Numbered from the stretch's first letter, positions 18,590 to 26,408 are shown. The stretch is 32,000 nt of DNA from Geobacter sulfurreducens PCA (GCF_000007985.2 NC_002939.5:2160001-2192000); one strand, 5' to 3'. The notes: a model not told the origin generated them from the sequence alone. Numbers and translations: made by a program.

Positions 18590-21280
18590 TCAGTATTTCC
18601 CTTTTTTCACCGTTCCAGCAGCACCGGAAAGCTCGGCGAGCATGATGCGCGCCTGGCCGGACTCGGGGAAGTCCCCCTGATTGAGAGCCTCTTGGAGAGT
18701 CGTCGCAGCGCGGGCACGATCGCCCGTGTCGCGATAGGCAAGCGCCAGGTGGTAGCGAACCGCCGGATTTGACGGCATGAGTTTGACCACTTTTTCCAGA
18801 ATCTTTACGGCCTCGCCGGCCCGGCCGTTTTTCACGAGGGCGTAACCGTAGGTATCGGCAATGGCAGCATTGGCAGGTTCCTGCTTGAGAGCGGTAAGCG
18901 CCATGCGGAGGGCCTCTTCACGGGGACCGTAGCCCTCGGCGTAAAGAAACGCCAGGTTGTTGAGAGCAGGCGCGAAGGATTCGGCCTTCTCCAGGGTCTG
19001 CCGGTACTTCGTTACGGCCTCCCGCTTTTTGCCGCCCATTTCCAGGAGCATACCCTGGGCAAAAAGGGCCGGAGCATGGTTGGGGTTGTTTCTGAGGACG
19101 GCTTCGTACTGCGCCATGGCGGCGGCGGTATTGCCGCTGCGGCCGAGATACTCTCCCAGTTGCATGGCAGCCCCGATATTGCCGGGTTCTGCCCTGAGGC
19201 CGGCTTTCACCTCCTGAATTGCCCGCGGGAGATCCCCTTGTTCCGCATAGACCGACGCGAGAATCGAATGACCAAAGGCGGCGCCAGGCTTGAGTGTCAC
19301 GGCACGGCGCGCCTCTTCGATGGCCTTTGCAGACTCCTTCATCTGAACGAAGGCCGCCACTTTCAGGGCAAGCCCCTGCTCGGGGGCAATCGATTCCAGG
19401 TCGGTGAAAACTCTGATTGCGTCTTTCCCTTTTTTCTGAGCGAGGAGAATCCGTCCTTTCATTACGAACGCCTCTGCCGCGCGGGGCTTTGCCTTGACAG
19501 CATCGTCCAGCACGGCAAGGGCCTTGTCGAGGTTCCCCTTTTTCTCATGGTAACCGGCAAGAGAGAGATAGCCGGCATACTCGCCCGTATCCCGGGCCTT
19601 GGTGTACCAGGCAAGAGCATCACTTTCCCTTCCCTTCAATTCAGACAGGGAAGCGAGTCCGAGAATTGCCCTGAGGTTATGGGGATATTCCTGAACCATG
19701 CGGGAATACTCGGCTATTGCCCCATCCAGATCTCCGGTGGAGGCGTGATAGGTTGCCAGATTGAACCGGGCCGGCAGGAACGCCGGGTCACTCTTTCTCG
19801 CCATATTGAGGTACTTGACGGCTTCGGCCGGCTTCCGCTCGTTGAACATGATGGCGGCCATGGTGTTGTAAAGGGAGGCATCCCCTTTGGTGCCCGTCAG
19901 CCCCTCCTTCAGAGTGGCCAGGGCACGGTCGCTGCGGTGCTGCCGCATGTAGTGGAAAGCAAGCACCAACCGCGAGTTGAGCATCTCCGGGGCAACTCTG
20001 ACGGCTGTGGTGAAATCGCTCTCGGCCTCGCGTACGCGTCCTTTGCTGAGATTGAAAATGCCTTTCTTAAGATGGGCATCGACAATTTTCGGATCGAGCT
20101 CGGTGGCACGGTTGAGTTCGCGAATGCCCTCGTCGTACATTCCTTTGGCAAGATACGCACTCCCGAGTATATTGCGGGCAAGGGCGCTCCGGCTGTCGGT
20201 CTCGATGGCCCGGTTTGCCTCGGCAATGGCATCGTCGACCCTCTTTTGGTTGAGCAGAATCAAGGCGGTCAGGAGCCGGGCCTGGACGAAATCCGGCGTA
20301 TGGTCCAGGATGCGGCGGAACTGGCTCAGAGCATTCTCGAGCTCGCCGCGGCTGTACATGCTCAACCCGAGGTAGTAGAGCCCTTCCAGGGAAGGCGCTA
20401 TCTTCACCGAAGTCTGGAGAGCGGTAATAGCGTCAGCATAGTTCTTGCGCTGGTACGCTATCAGTCCCTTCAGACGGGCTCCCTCGGACTTTTGGGGGAA
20501 CTTTTGCACCAGAGTCTCGGCAGTCTTCTCGGCTTTATCCATCTCACCCTTTTCCAGGAGAATGACCCCCTGGCGGTAAAGTGGGGCCGGGTCCCCAGGC
20601 GTCAGCGCCGCAACCTTCCGATAGATCTCCAGCGCCTGTTCGCGATTGCCGAGAGACAGCTCGTAGCTGGCCAGAAGATTGTGGGCCTTCACGTTGCCGG
20701 GATCAGCCGTCAGGATTTCGTCTATGAGTGCACGGGCTTCCTTTTCACGGCTCGATTTCTGTTCCATCAGGAGAACCGCCAACTGGAGCTTCGCGGAAGT
20801 CCGTCGCGGCTCCTTTTCGAGGGCAAGCAGGAAATTCCGTTCAGCCTCTGCAGGCATCCCCTTCAGTGCATAACCGAGACCCAGTACTTCAAGGGCCTCT
20901 GCAGAGCCGGGATTTGATTGGAGGTATTTACCGGCCTGCTCGACAGCCTGATCCGGCTTCCTCTGTGAGTTGTAGAGCTTGGCCAGTTCAAGAACGATGT
21001 CGGTTTTGGACGGATTCTGCTTCAGAACTTTGAGATATTCTTTCTCAGCCTGTTCGTATTTGCCCAAGGCCTGATACGCTTTGGCCAGTTGGTAGCGTGC
21101 ATCCTGGAAATTCTGATCTTTTTCCAGGGCGCTTTTAAAGAGAACGACCGCACCGCCCGGATTCCCCTCCTGGAGCAGTTTCACCCCCTCGGTGTACAAC
21201 TCGTCCCTGCTCTTGCCCCCGCAACCGGACAGGGTGAACATGAGAACGACGAGGCCCGTGATGATGAATGATCTAGACAA
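18590..21280 (-). CDS. prsT: PEP-CTERM-system TPR-repeat lipoprotein
   Basis: 896 aa. Lipobox LSGC after a hydrophobic signal, then about 20 or more TPR units (recurring A..Y/L...P......LG/LA pattern). TTG start with a GGGAGGG RBS. Start overlaps the stop of the upstream pseudo-receiver gene by 8 nt. Confidence 0.9.
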   Translation of the reverse strand: MSRSFIITGLVVLMFTLSGCGGKSRDELYTEGVKLLQEGNPGGAVVLFKSALEKDQNFQDARYQLAKAYQALGKYEQAEKEYLKVLKQNPSKTDIVLELAKLYNSQRKPDQAVEQAGKYLQSNPGSAEALEVLGLGYALKGMPAEAERNFLLALEKEPRRTSAKLQLAVLLMEQKSSREKEARALIDEILTADPGNVKAHNLLASYELSLGNREQALEIYRKVAALTPGDPAPLYRQGVILLEKGEMDKAEKTAETLVQKFPQKSEGARLKGLIAYQRKNYADAITALQTSVKIAPSLEGLYYLGLSMYSRGELENALSQFRRILDHTPDFVQARLLTALILLNQKRVDDAIAEANRAIETDSRSALARNILGSAYLAKGMYDEGIRELNRATELDPKIVDAHLKKGIFNLSKGRVREAESDFTTAVRVAPEMLNSRLVLAFHYMRQHRSDRALATLKEGLTGTKGDASLYNTMAAIMFNERKPAEAVKYLNMARKSDPAFLPARFNLATYHASTGDLDGAIAEYSRMVQEYPHNLRAILGLASLSELKGRESDALAWYTKARDTGEYAGYLSLAGYHEKKGNLDKALAVLDDAVKAKPRAAEAFVMKGRILLAQKKGKDAIRVFTDLESIAPEQGLALKVAAFVQMKESAKAIEEARRAVTLKPGAAFGHSILASVYAEQGDLPRAIQEVKAGLRAEPGNIGAAMQLGEYLGRSGNTAAAMAQYEAVLRNNPNHAPALFAQGMLLEMGGKKREAVTKYRQTLEKAESFAPALNNLAFLYAEGYGPREEALRMALTALKQEPANAAIADTYGYALVKNGRAGEAVKILEKVVKLMPSNPAVRYHLALAYRDTGDRARAATTLQEALNQGDFPESGQARIMLAELSGAAGTVKKGKY

Positions 21281-21641
21281 TGCTGTACCCTCCCGGACAG
21301 GTTTGAACTCCGCTCATGATATTTTTCACGAGCAGAACAAATTTTTCGAAATTCAGAGGTTTCATGAGGCAGTAGGAACGGTCGAGCCCCTCGAGAAACG
21401 AGAGGAGATCCCGACTGATGTGGTCTGTAAGTACGATGACGGGCTGATTGATCTGACTCAGATCGGTAGAGTAGCTCTCCCCGAACGGATAACTGGCGAT
21501 AACGAGACCGACGCGATCACCGGCCACCTGCTTGGTGTCGTGGAGGAGGCGTTCCGCCGTATACCCCTCCGAAGCGAGAATGGCGGCGCATACCCGGGAA
21601 AAACCGTCTTCATCGATGATAAGAATCTTTTCTTTTTCCAT
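21273..21641 (-). CDS. Stand-alone receiver-like (pseudo-receiver) domain protein
   Basis: 122 aa from ATG at 21641 (MEKEKILIIDEDGF...). CheY-like landmarks are present: acidic pair DED, Thr in IVLTD, Lys-Pro in LMKP. The phospho-acceptor position reads LVIASY, with Ser (codon 21492-21494) where Asp is expected. Confidence 0.75.
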   Translation of the reverse strand: MEKEKILIIDEDGFSRVCAAILASEGYTAERLLHDTKQVAGDRVGLVIASYPFGESYSTDLSQINQPVIVLTDHISRDLLSFLEGLDRSYCLMKPLNFEKFVLLVKNIMSGVQTCPGGYSIV

Positions 21642-21891
21642 TGCGTTTATTGAGAGAGCAATAATGATACCCTTTGTGCAGTTCCATGCAGTTTTACGGA
21701 GCTTTTGCCGGCGCGGCAACCTCCCGTTGCATATAACGTATTATGTTTACAGCCATATTTTATTCAGGTTTCTTTTTGCCATATTCTTGCATCTCACCGG
21801 CAAACATGGCTGTAATCTGCACCTTGCGGCATCAAAACATCATAATTGTTTCCAAGGGAAACACATTGACACCGAACTGCCATGACAAAGA

Positions 21892-21922
21892 AAAAAGGTG
21901 TATCCAATGGATACACCTTTTT
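21892..21922 (-). terminator. Intrinsic terminator downstream of prsR
   Basis: Perfect inverted repeat AAAAAGGTGTATCC-AAT-GGATACACCTTTTT. On the minus strand the stem is followed by TTTTTTCTTT. Lies 85 nt after the prsR stop. Confidence 0.75.
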
Positions 21923-22006
21923 AACGGAGCCTTCGAAACTTCCCACGTATTCAACCTGGCAATGTCTCCAATGGTAACACTGCCCGCCCTTTTGCCTGCC
22001 CGCCCC

Positions 22007-23341
22007 TCAAAGTCCCAGTTGCTCCAGACGCTTATAAAGGGTCTTGCGGGATATGCCGAGCTTCTTCGCAACCAGTGATTTATTGCCCCGGCATTCCCGC
22101 AGGGCACTCTGGATTGCCTCCTCCTCAAGTTCGCGGAGCGTCCGCGGCTCGGCTACGTCGCGACAACCGGCACCAGCGGCAACCTCCTCAGGCAAGTGCT
22201 TCAGGGTGATCTTAGCTCCGCGGGCGAGGACGACGGCCCGTTCGATGGTGTTACGCAGCTGCCTGATATTGCCGGGCCACTCGTAGCCGACAAGAGCGCG
22301 CAACACATCGTCAGAAAGAGTAAGGGACTTGCCCTCCCTGAGACCAAACTCTTTGACGAACTCGGAGACCAGGAGAGGAATATCCTCTCTGCGTTCGCGC
22401 AGAGACGGTACATTCAACTGGACGACATTGAGCCGGTAGTAAAGATCTTCCCGGAACGTACCGGCAGCTATTTCACGCATGAGATCACGGTTTGTGGATG
22501 AAATCACCCGGAAGTTAACCTTGATCTTGCGATTGCTGCCGAGCCGCTCAACCTCCTTTTCCTGGAGCACTCTCAGCAGCTTTGCCTGGAGAGAGAGCTC
22601 CAACTCGCTGATTTCATCGAGAAATATAGTGCCATCGGCAGCAGCTTCGAAGCGCCCGATTCGACGGGCGGAAGCGCCGCTGAACGCTCCTTTCTCATAA
22701 CCGAACAGCTCTGACTCCATGAGCTCGCGGGGTATGGCTGCACAGTTTACGGCCACGAAAGGGCGATCGCGCCGCACACTGCCGTAATGGAGCGAACGGG
22801 CGATGAGCTCCTTGCCGGTTCCGGTTTCCCCACTGACCAGCACACTGCTCATGGAGTCCTTGACCGCCTCGATCGTATTGAATATTTTGAGCATTCCCGG
22901 ACTGACACCGATAATCCGATCAGCCCCGCTGCCCGCAGCCACCCGTTTGCGCAGCTCGGCCACTTCGCGCTTGAGTGCGCGCTGCTCCACGGCTCGCGCA
23001 ACCATGCTCTTGAGCTTCACGTAATCAGGAGGTTTGATGAAATAGTAAAAGGCGCCACGGGTGATGGCGTTGACGGCGGAGTCGACCGTTCCGTAGGCGG
23101 TCAGAAAAATCACCGGAATATCCGGCAGATGTTCGGTCACGTGCTCGAACAACTGCATGCCATCCCTGCCCGGCATGCGCAGGTCGGTTATGATAGCGTC
23201 AACGTCGCGCGACTTGAGGATATGCTCTGCCTTTGAGGCATCAGAAGCGGTAAGTACGGTATGCCCTTCACCGGCCAGGATTGCCGAAAGAACCCTGGCC
23301 GCATTCGGCTCATCGTCGACGATAAGAACAAGACCCTGCAC
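22007..23341 (-). CDS. prsR: Sigma-54-dependent response regulator (NtrC family; PrsR-like PEP-CTERM-box regulator)
   Basis: REC domain (LVLIVDDEP, DAIITDLRMPGRDG, IKP), AAA+ sigma-54 interaction domain (GETGTGKE, ELFGYEKGAFSGA as a GAFTGA-loop variant) and a Fis-type HTH (SLVAKKLGISRKTLYKRL). GTG at 23341 has an AGGAGGAG RBS 4 nt upstream; the track start GTG at 23362 is the alternative. Confidence 0.9.
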   Translation of the reverse strand: MQGLVLIVDDEPNAARVLSAILAGEGHTVLTASDASKAEHILKSRDVDAIITDLRMPGRDGMQLFEHVTEHLPDIPVIFLTAYGTVDSAVNAITRGAFYYFIKPPDYVKLKSMVARAVEQRALKREVAELRKRVAAGSGADRIIGVSPGMLKIFNTIEAVKDSMSSVLVSGETGTGKELIARSLHYGSVRRDRPFVAVNCAAIPRELMESELFGYEKGAFSGASARRIGRFEAAADGTIFLDEISELELSLQAKLLRVLQEKEVERLGSNRKIKVNFRVISSTNRDLMREIAAGTFREDLYYRLNVVQLNVPSLRERREDIPLLVSEFVKEFGLREGKSLTLSDDVLRALVGYEWPGNIRQLRNTIERAVVLARGAKITLKHLPEEVAAGAGCRDVAEPRTLRELEEEAIQSALRECRGNKSLVAKKLGISRKTLYKRLEQLGL

Positions 23342-23370
23342 TTCGCTCCTCCTGGACCGCACCGATCCGG

Positions 23371-24378
23371 CTATACCGCCGGCAACATGATCTTGACGGT
23401 GGTTCCGCCTTCATGATTCCCGGTTATTTCAATCTTCCCCTGGTGGTGGCGTACAATCTCACGGGTGATGAACAGGCCGTACCCTTTCCCCTGCTTCCTG
23501 CTGCCGGCTCCGGGAAAACTGCCAAGCATCCCCTTGCCCCCCGACCGAAGGCCCGACCCCGTATCGGCCACCTCGACCACAATCATCTCCACTCCACCTT
23601 CCAGCAATGTGCTGGTTCGCATGGTAAGGGAGCCTCCCGCCTCCATGGCCCCGAGAGCGTTGTTGACGATATTGAGTATGGCGTGACCGAAATTGAACGA
23701 ATCGAGCATGACGAGCGGCAACTCACCGTACTCCACGTCAAATCGCACATGATTCGCATCTGCCTGCAGGGAAACGAATTTTACGACGCGCTCAAGGAGA
23801 TCGTTGAGCTGGATTTCCTCTCTGACCGGTTCCAGGTGCGAGGTACCGAGGAACTCGGTAATGAACCCGTCGAGCTTGCAAATCTCTTCGTCGATAATAT
23901 CGGCGAATTCGGCAAAGGTTGCGTCAGTGCAGTACTTGTCCTTGAGATAGACCACGGCGCCCTTGATGGCATTGAGCGGGTTGCGTACGCCATGGGCAAG
24001 CGTCACCGACATCTTGCCGATGTCTATCAGCGCCCGGGCGCTGTCCATTTCACCATAGACCGTACATCCAGGGAGCACGGAAACCTGCACCATTGCGCCG
24101 GTGCATCGGGAGGCACCATCGAAAACGGGGCGAATTTCAATGTCTGCCGCACTGAACTCGCCATAAAAGCAGTAGTGGCGATAACCGTTGAGAACCAGAG
24201 GCTCTCCCTGATCCACGACGGTACGAACGGCATCAACGTTGCCGTTCCAAAGCCGGGGATAGCATTCGTAATAGGGAATACCCAACAAGGGATCGTTCCC
24301 CACCGAACGGTGCAGATCGTCTCGTGCCACGAGCCGCAGTTGATCGTCGACCATAAATGAGTATCGTCTCATAACCAT
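23371..24378 (-). CDS. Soluble sensor histidine kinase with N-terminal PAS-like domain
   Basis: H-box SVTLAHGVRNPLNAI, N-box LNIVNNALGA, G1 VADTGSG, G2 GKGYGLFI. No hydrophobic helices. The N-terminal ~120 aa have a PAS-like pattern. Start uncertain: ATG at 24378 or 24372, or TTG at 24432. Confidence 0.85.
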   Translation of the reverse strand: MVMRRYSFMVDDQLRLVARDDLHRSVGNDPLLGIPYYECYPRLWNGNVDAVRTVVDQGEPLVLNGYRHYCFYGEFSAADIEIRPVFDGASRCTGAMVQVSVLPGCTVYGEMDSARALIDIGKMSVTLAHGVRNPLNAIKGAVVYLKDKYCTDATFAEFADIIDEEICKLDGFITEFLGTSHLEPVREEIQLNDLLERVVKFVSLQADANHVRFDVEYGELPLVMLDSFNFGHAILNIVNNALGAMEAGGSLTMRTSTLLEGGVEMIVVEVADTGSGLRSGGKGMLGSFPGAGSRKQGKGYGLFITREIVRHHQGKIEITGNHEGGTTVKIMLPAV

Positions 24379-24552
24379 CCATTCCGGCAAAGAGCGATTT
24401 GCCCGAAGCGGACTCTCGCGTATGCCGTTCAACCTCCCTGTTTTACATCGGTCCTTTACGATCTGCCCGTGATAGGCTACAGTTCTTACCGAAAAGCTAC
24501 CGCCGCCGGCGTGGAAGCAGCAGTGTCCGTCTCCCGCCCTGGAGTACTATCA

Positions 24553-25281
24553 ATGCCCTCGAACCATCCTTCCGGCTCCGCGGCCGTCACGTTTCTCAGT
24601 TCCAGTGCTGCCCCGCGAATTCTCCCCTTCGCTTCGCTCATGACCCTTATCGGAGTGGAAGAGGTGCTCCGGGCCATGACGACACGGGGCATCGTGCCCT
24701 TTCCCCCCGGGTGGTTCCTTTACCTGTACCCCGTGAGGATAATCATTGCGGGGGCAGTACTTGCCTTCTGCTTGAAGCGCTGTGACGAACTGCACCTGTC
24801 TGATCTGCGCCGGCCGCTGCACGCGGCCGCGAGCGTGGCAACCGGCTTTGCGGTTTACGTCCTCTGGGTAGGCATGGACTGGCTCCTTCCGTTCCAGTCC
24901 CCTCCCCCCGGCTTTGATCCGACCGGCATCGACAATGATGCACTCAGGATGTCGATGATCGTCTTCAGGCTGCTGGGGGCCGCCCTCATAATCCCCGTAC
25001 TTGAAGAACTTTTCTGGCGGTCTTTTCTCCTGCGCTACCTGATCGACAAGGAATTCGAAACCGTACCGATCGGCAAGCTTACCTGGCCGGCATTTTTCTT
25101 CTCGACGATCCTGTTCGGATTGGAGCACCACTACATCGTTGCCGGGATCATGGCCGGTATTGCCTACACCCTGCTGCTCAGGTTTACCGGGAGCATCGTG
25201 CTCTGCATACTCGCCCATGCGGTAACGAACCTGGCGCTCGGCCTCCACGTGATCAACCGCCAGGCGTGGCACTTCTGGTAA
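24553..25281 (+). CDS. CPBP/CAAX-type intramembrane glutamic protease (PEP-CTERM/exosortase-associated type)
   Basis: Polytopic. Motifs EELFWRSFLL (EExxxR), FGLEHH and HAVTNL are characteristic of the Abi/CPBP family. ATG at 24553 preferred; GTG at 24469 is possible. Confidence 0.82.
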   Translation: MPSNHPSGSAAVTFLSSSAAPRILPFASLMTLIGVEEVLRAMTTRGIVPFPPGWFLYLYPVRIIIAGAVLAFCLKRCDELHLSDLRRPLHAAASVATGFAVYVLWVGMDWLLPFQSPPPGFDPTGIDNDALRMSMIVFRLLGAALIIPVLEELFWRSFLLRYLIDKEFETVPIGKLTWPAFFFSTILFGLEHHYIVAGIMAGIAYTLLLRFTGSIVLCILAHAVTNLALGLHVINRQAWHFW

Positions 25282-25286
25282 GCAGC

Positions 25287-26003
25287 CTACACGGCCGCAG
25301 GGTCATCTCTCCTGAAGTCCGGCTTGAGCACGATCTGGTGCGAGTCGAGAATTTCTATCTCCTCCCCCTTCCGCAATGACGTCAACAGCCTGCTCACCGT
25401 TTCACGCGCAAGGTTCGCGTAACCCGCAATCTCTTTATGGGTAAGCTTCATGGCAATGATGGTTCCACGGGCGTCGCTCACACCATGCGTGTCGGCAAGG
25501 TGACCGAGCACGGTCCGTACCCGTTGCTCGGCATCGGAGCTGCTCAGCACCTTGAGCATGAGCCACGATTCGCGCAGCCGTCCGCAAAGCATCTCGATGA
25601 TTCTCTCAACAACTTTGGAGTTGGACATCAGGTACCGGTCGAAGTCATCCTTGGCAATCAGCCCCACGGTTGTGTCCTCAAGCGCCACAACCGCTGCCGG
25701 TGACGTTTTACCATCCAACATAGCCATCTCGCCGAAAAAGTCCCCCCGCTTGTGAATCGCGTAAATCCGCTCTCGACCATCGCTCCCGGTCCGGACGACC
25801 TTCACCTTACCAGATATTACAATATACATATAACGATTTGAATCTTCTTCACAAAGAATCATGGCGTTTCGGGGAAAACTCTTTTTTCTGAGTGCCGCTT
25901 TCAAAGAAAGCAGTTCATCCCCCGAGAGCGACGAAAAAAAAGGAAGGCGCCCGAGAATACGCTCCACTTCCGCCTGTTTGATTCCTTCCTGTGCGTGCGC
26001 CAT
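25287..26003 (-). CDS. Crp/Fnr-family transcriptional regulator
   Basis: cNMP-binding-like beta-roll (ILCEEDSNRYMYIVISGKVKVV...GDFFGEMAMLDG) and a C-terminal HTH (THKEIAGYANLARETVSRLL). No N-terminal Cys cluster. ATG at 26003 with GGAAAGGG upstream. Stop is 5 nt from the convergent CPBP gene stop. Confidence 0.88.
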   Translation of the reverse strand: MAHAQEGIKQAEVERILGRLPFFSSLSGDELLSLKAALRKKSFPRNAMILCEEDSNRYMYIVISGKVKVVRTGSDGRERIYAIHKRGDFFGEMAMLDGKTSPAAVVALEDTTVGLIAKDDFDRYLMSNSKVVERIIEMLCGRLRESWLMLKVLSSSDAEQRVRTVLGHLADTHGVSDARGTIIAMKLTHKEIAGYANLARETVSRLLTSLRKGEEIEILDSHQIVLKPDFRRDDPAAV

Positions 26004-26325
26004 GAGCAATCACCCTTTCCCGGCAGCTCGTCCACCATGTTCCGGCGGATAGTTCTATCCAACCGCGTCTGACCACGTACGCCCGTCTCGGCAACCGTTT
26101 ACAGTAGTGTCTGAACTTCGGTGTTCATACCGTATGAAAATACATGCCAGCAATTCATTTACAGCCTGACCGGCTCTGCGTGCCGGGTCAGACCGGCCGT
26201 TGCGGATTCTCTCGCATCAGCACCATGTAAGCTTGTCCGAAATGTGCGTCGGATTTGTTTACAAAAATAAGGTTCATTAATATATTATCCCACATATCGC
26301 ACTGTTTTTGTTGATTTTTCATTGT

Positions 26326-26341
26326 GGGCACAACAAATGCT
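26326..26341 (+). promoter_or_regulatory. Candidate sigma-54 (RpoN) -24/-12 promoter for the PEP-CTERM protein gene
   Basis: GGGCAC-AACAA-ATGCT versus consensus TGGCAC-N5-TTGCW. The invariant GG (26327-26328) and GC (26339-26340) have exact spacing. It lies 69 nt upstream of ATG 26409, in an AT-rich region with T-tracts just upstream. Confidence 0.6.
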
Positions 26342-26408
26342 AATGCTCAAATGAGCTATCCGAGTTTAGCCAAATTATGAAGTAAAATATATCACAAAAG
26401 GAGACGTC

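Noticed and set aside
19076-20917. 613-aa + strand ORF inside prsT
   Set aside because: It is antisense to the TPR lipoprotein gene, whose repeats, lipobox and operon context are clear. It has no recognisable motifs and is an artefact of biased codon composition.
21657-21672. Sigma-54-like element GGGTAT-N5-TTGCT on the minus strand upstream of the pseudo-receiver gene
   Set aside because: Only GG and TTGCT match. The -24 box lacks CAC, and the element ends about 15 nt from the start codon, leaving no room for a leader and RBS.
21743-22078. 111-aa + strand ORF spanning the prsR-downstream intergenic region
   Set aside because: It runs through the terminator hairpin and into the antisense of the prsR 3' end. 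It has no RBS and an implausible hydrophobic/low-complexity product.
26010-26408. Possible riboswitch (for example the GEMM c-di-GMP/cGAMP class common in Geobacter) in the leaders of the PEP-CTERM and cytochrome genes (also 27864-27915)
   Set aside because: I could not find the conserved GEMM core (paired GNRA-tetraloop/receptor stems, ACGCAAAGC-like segments). With the predicted promoters the leaders are only about 45-57 nt. A covariance-model search would settle this.
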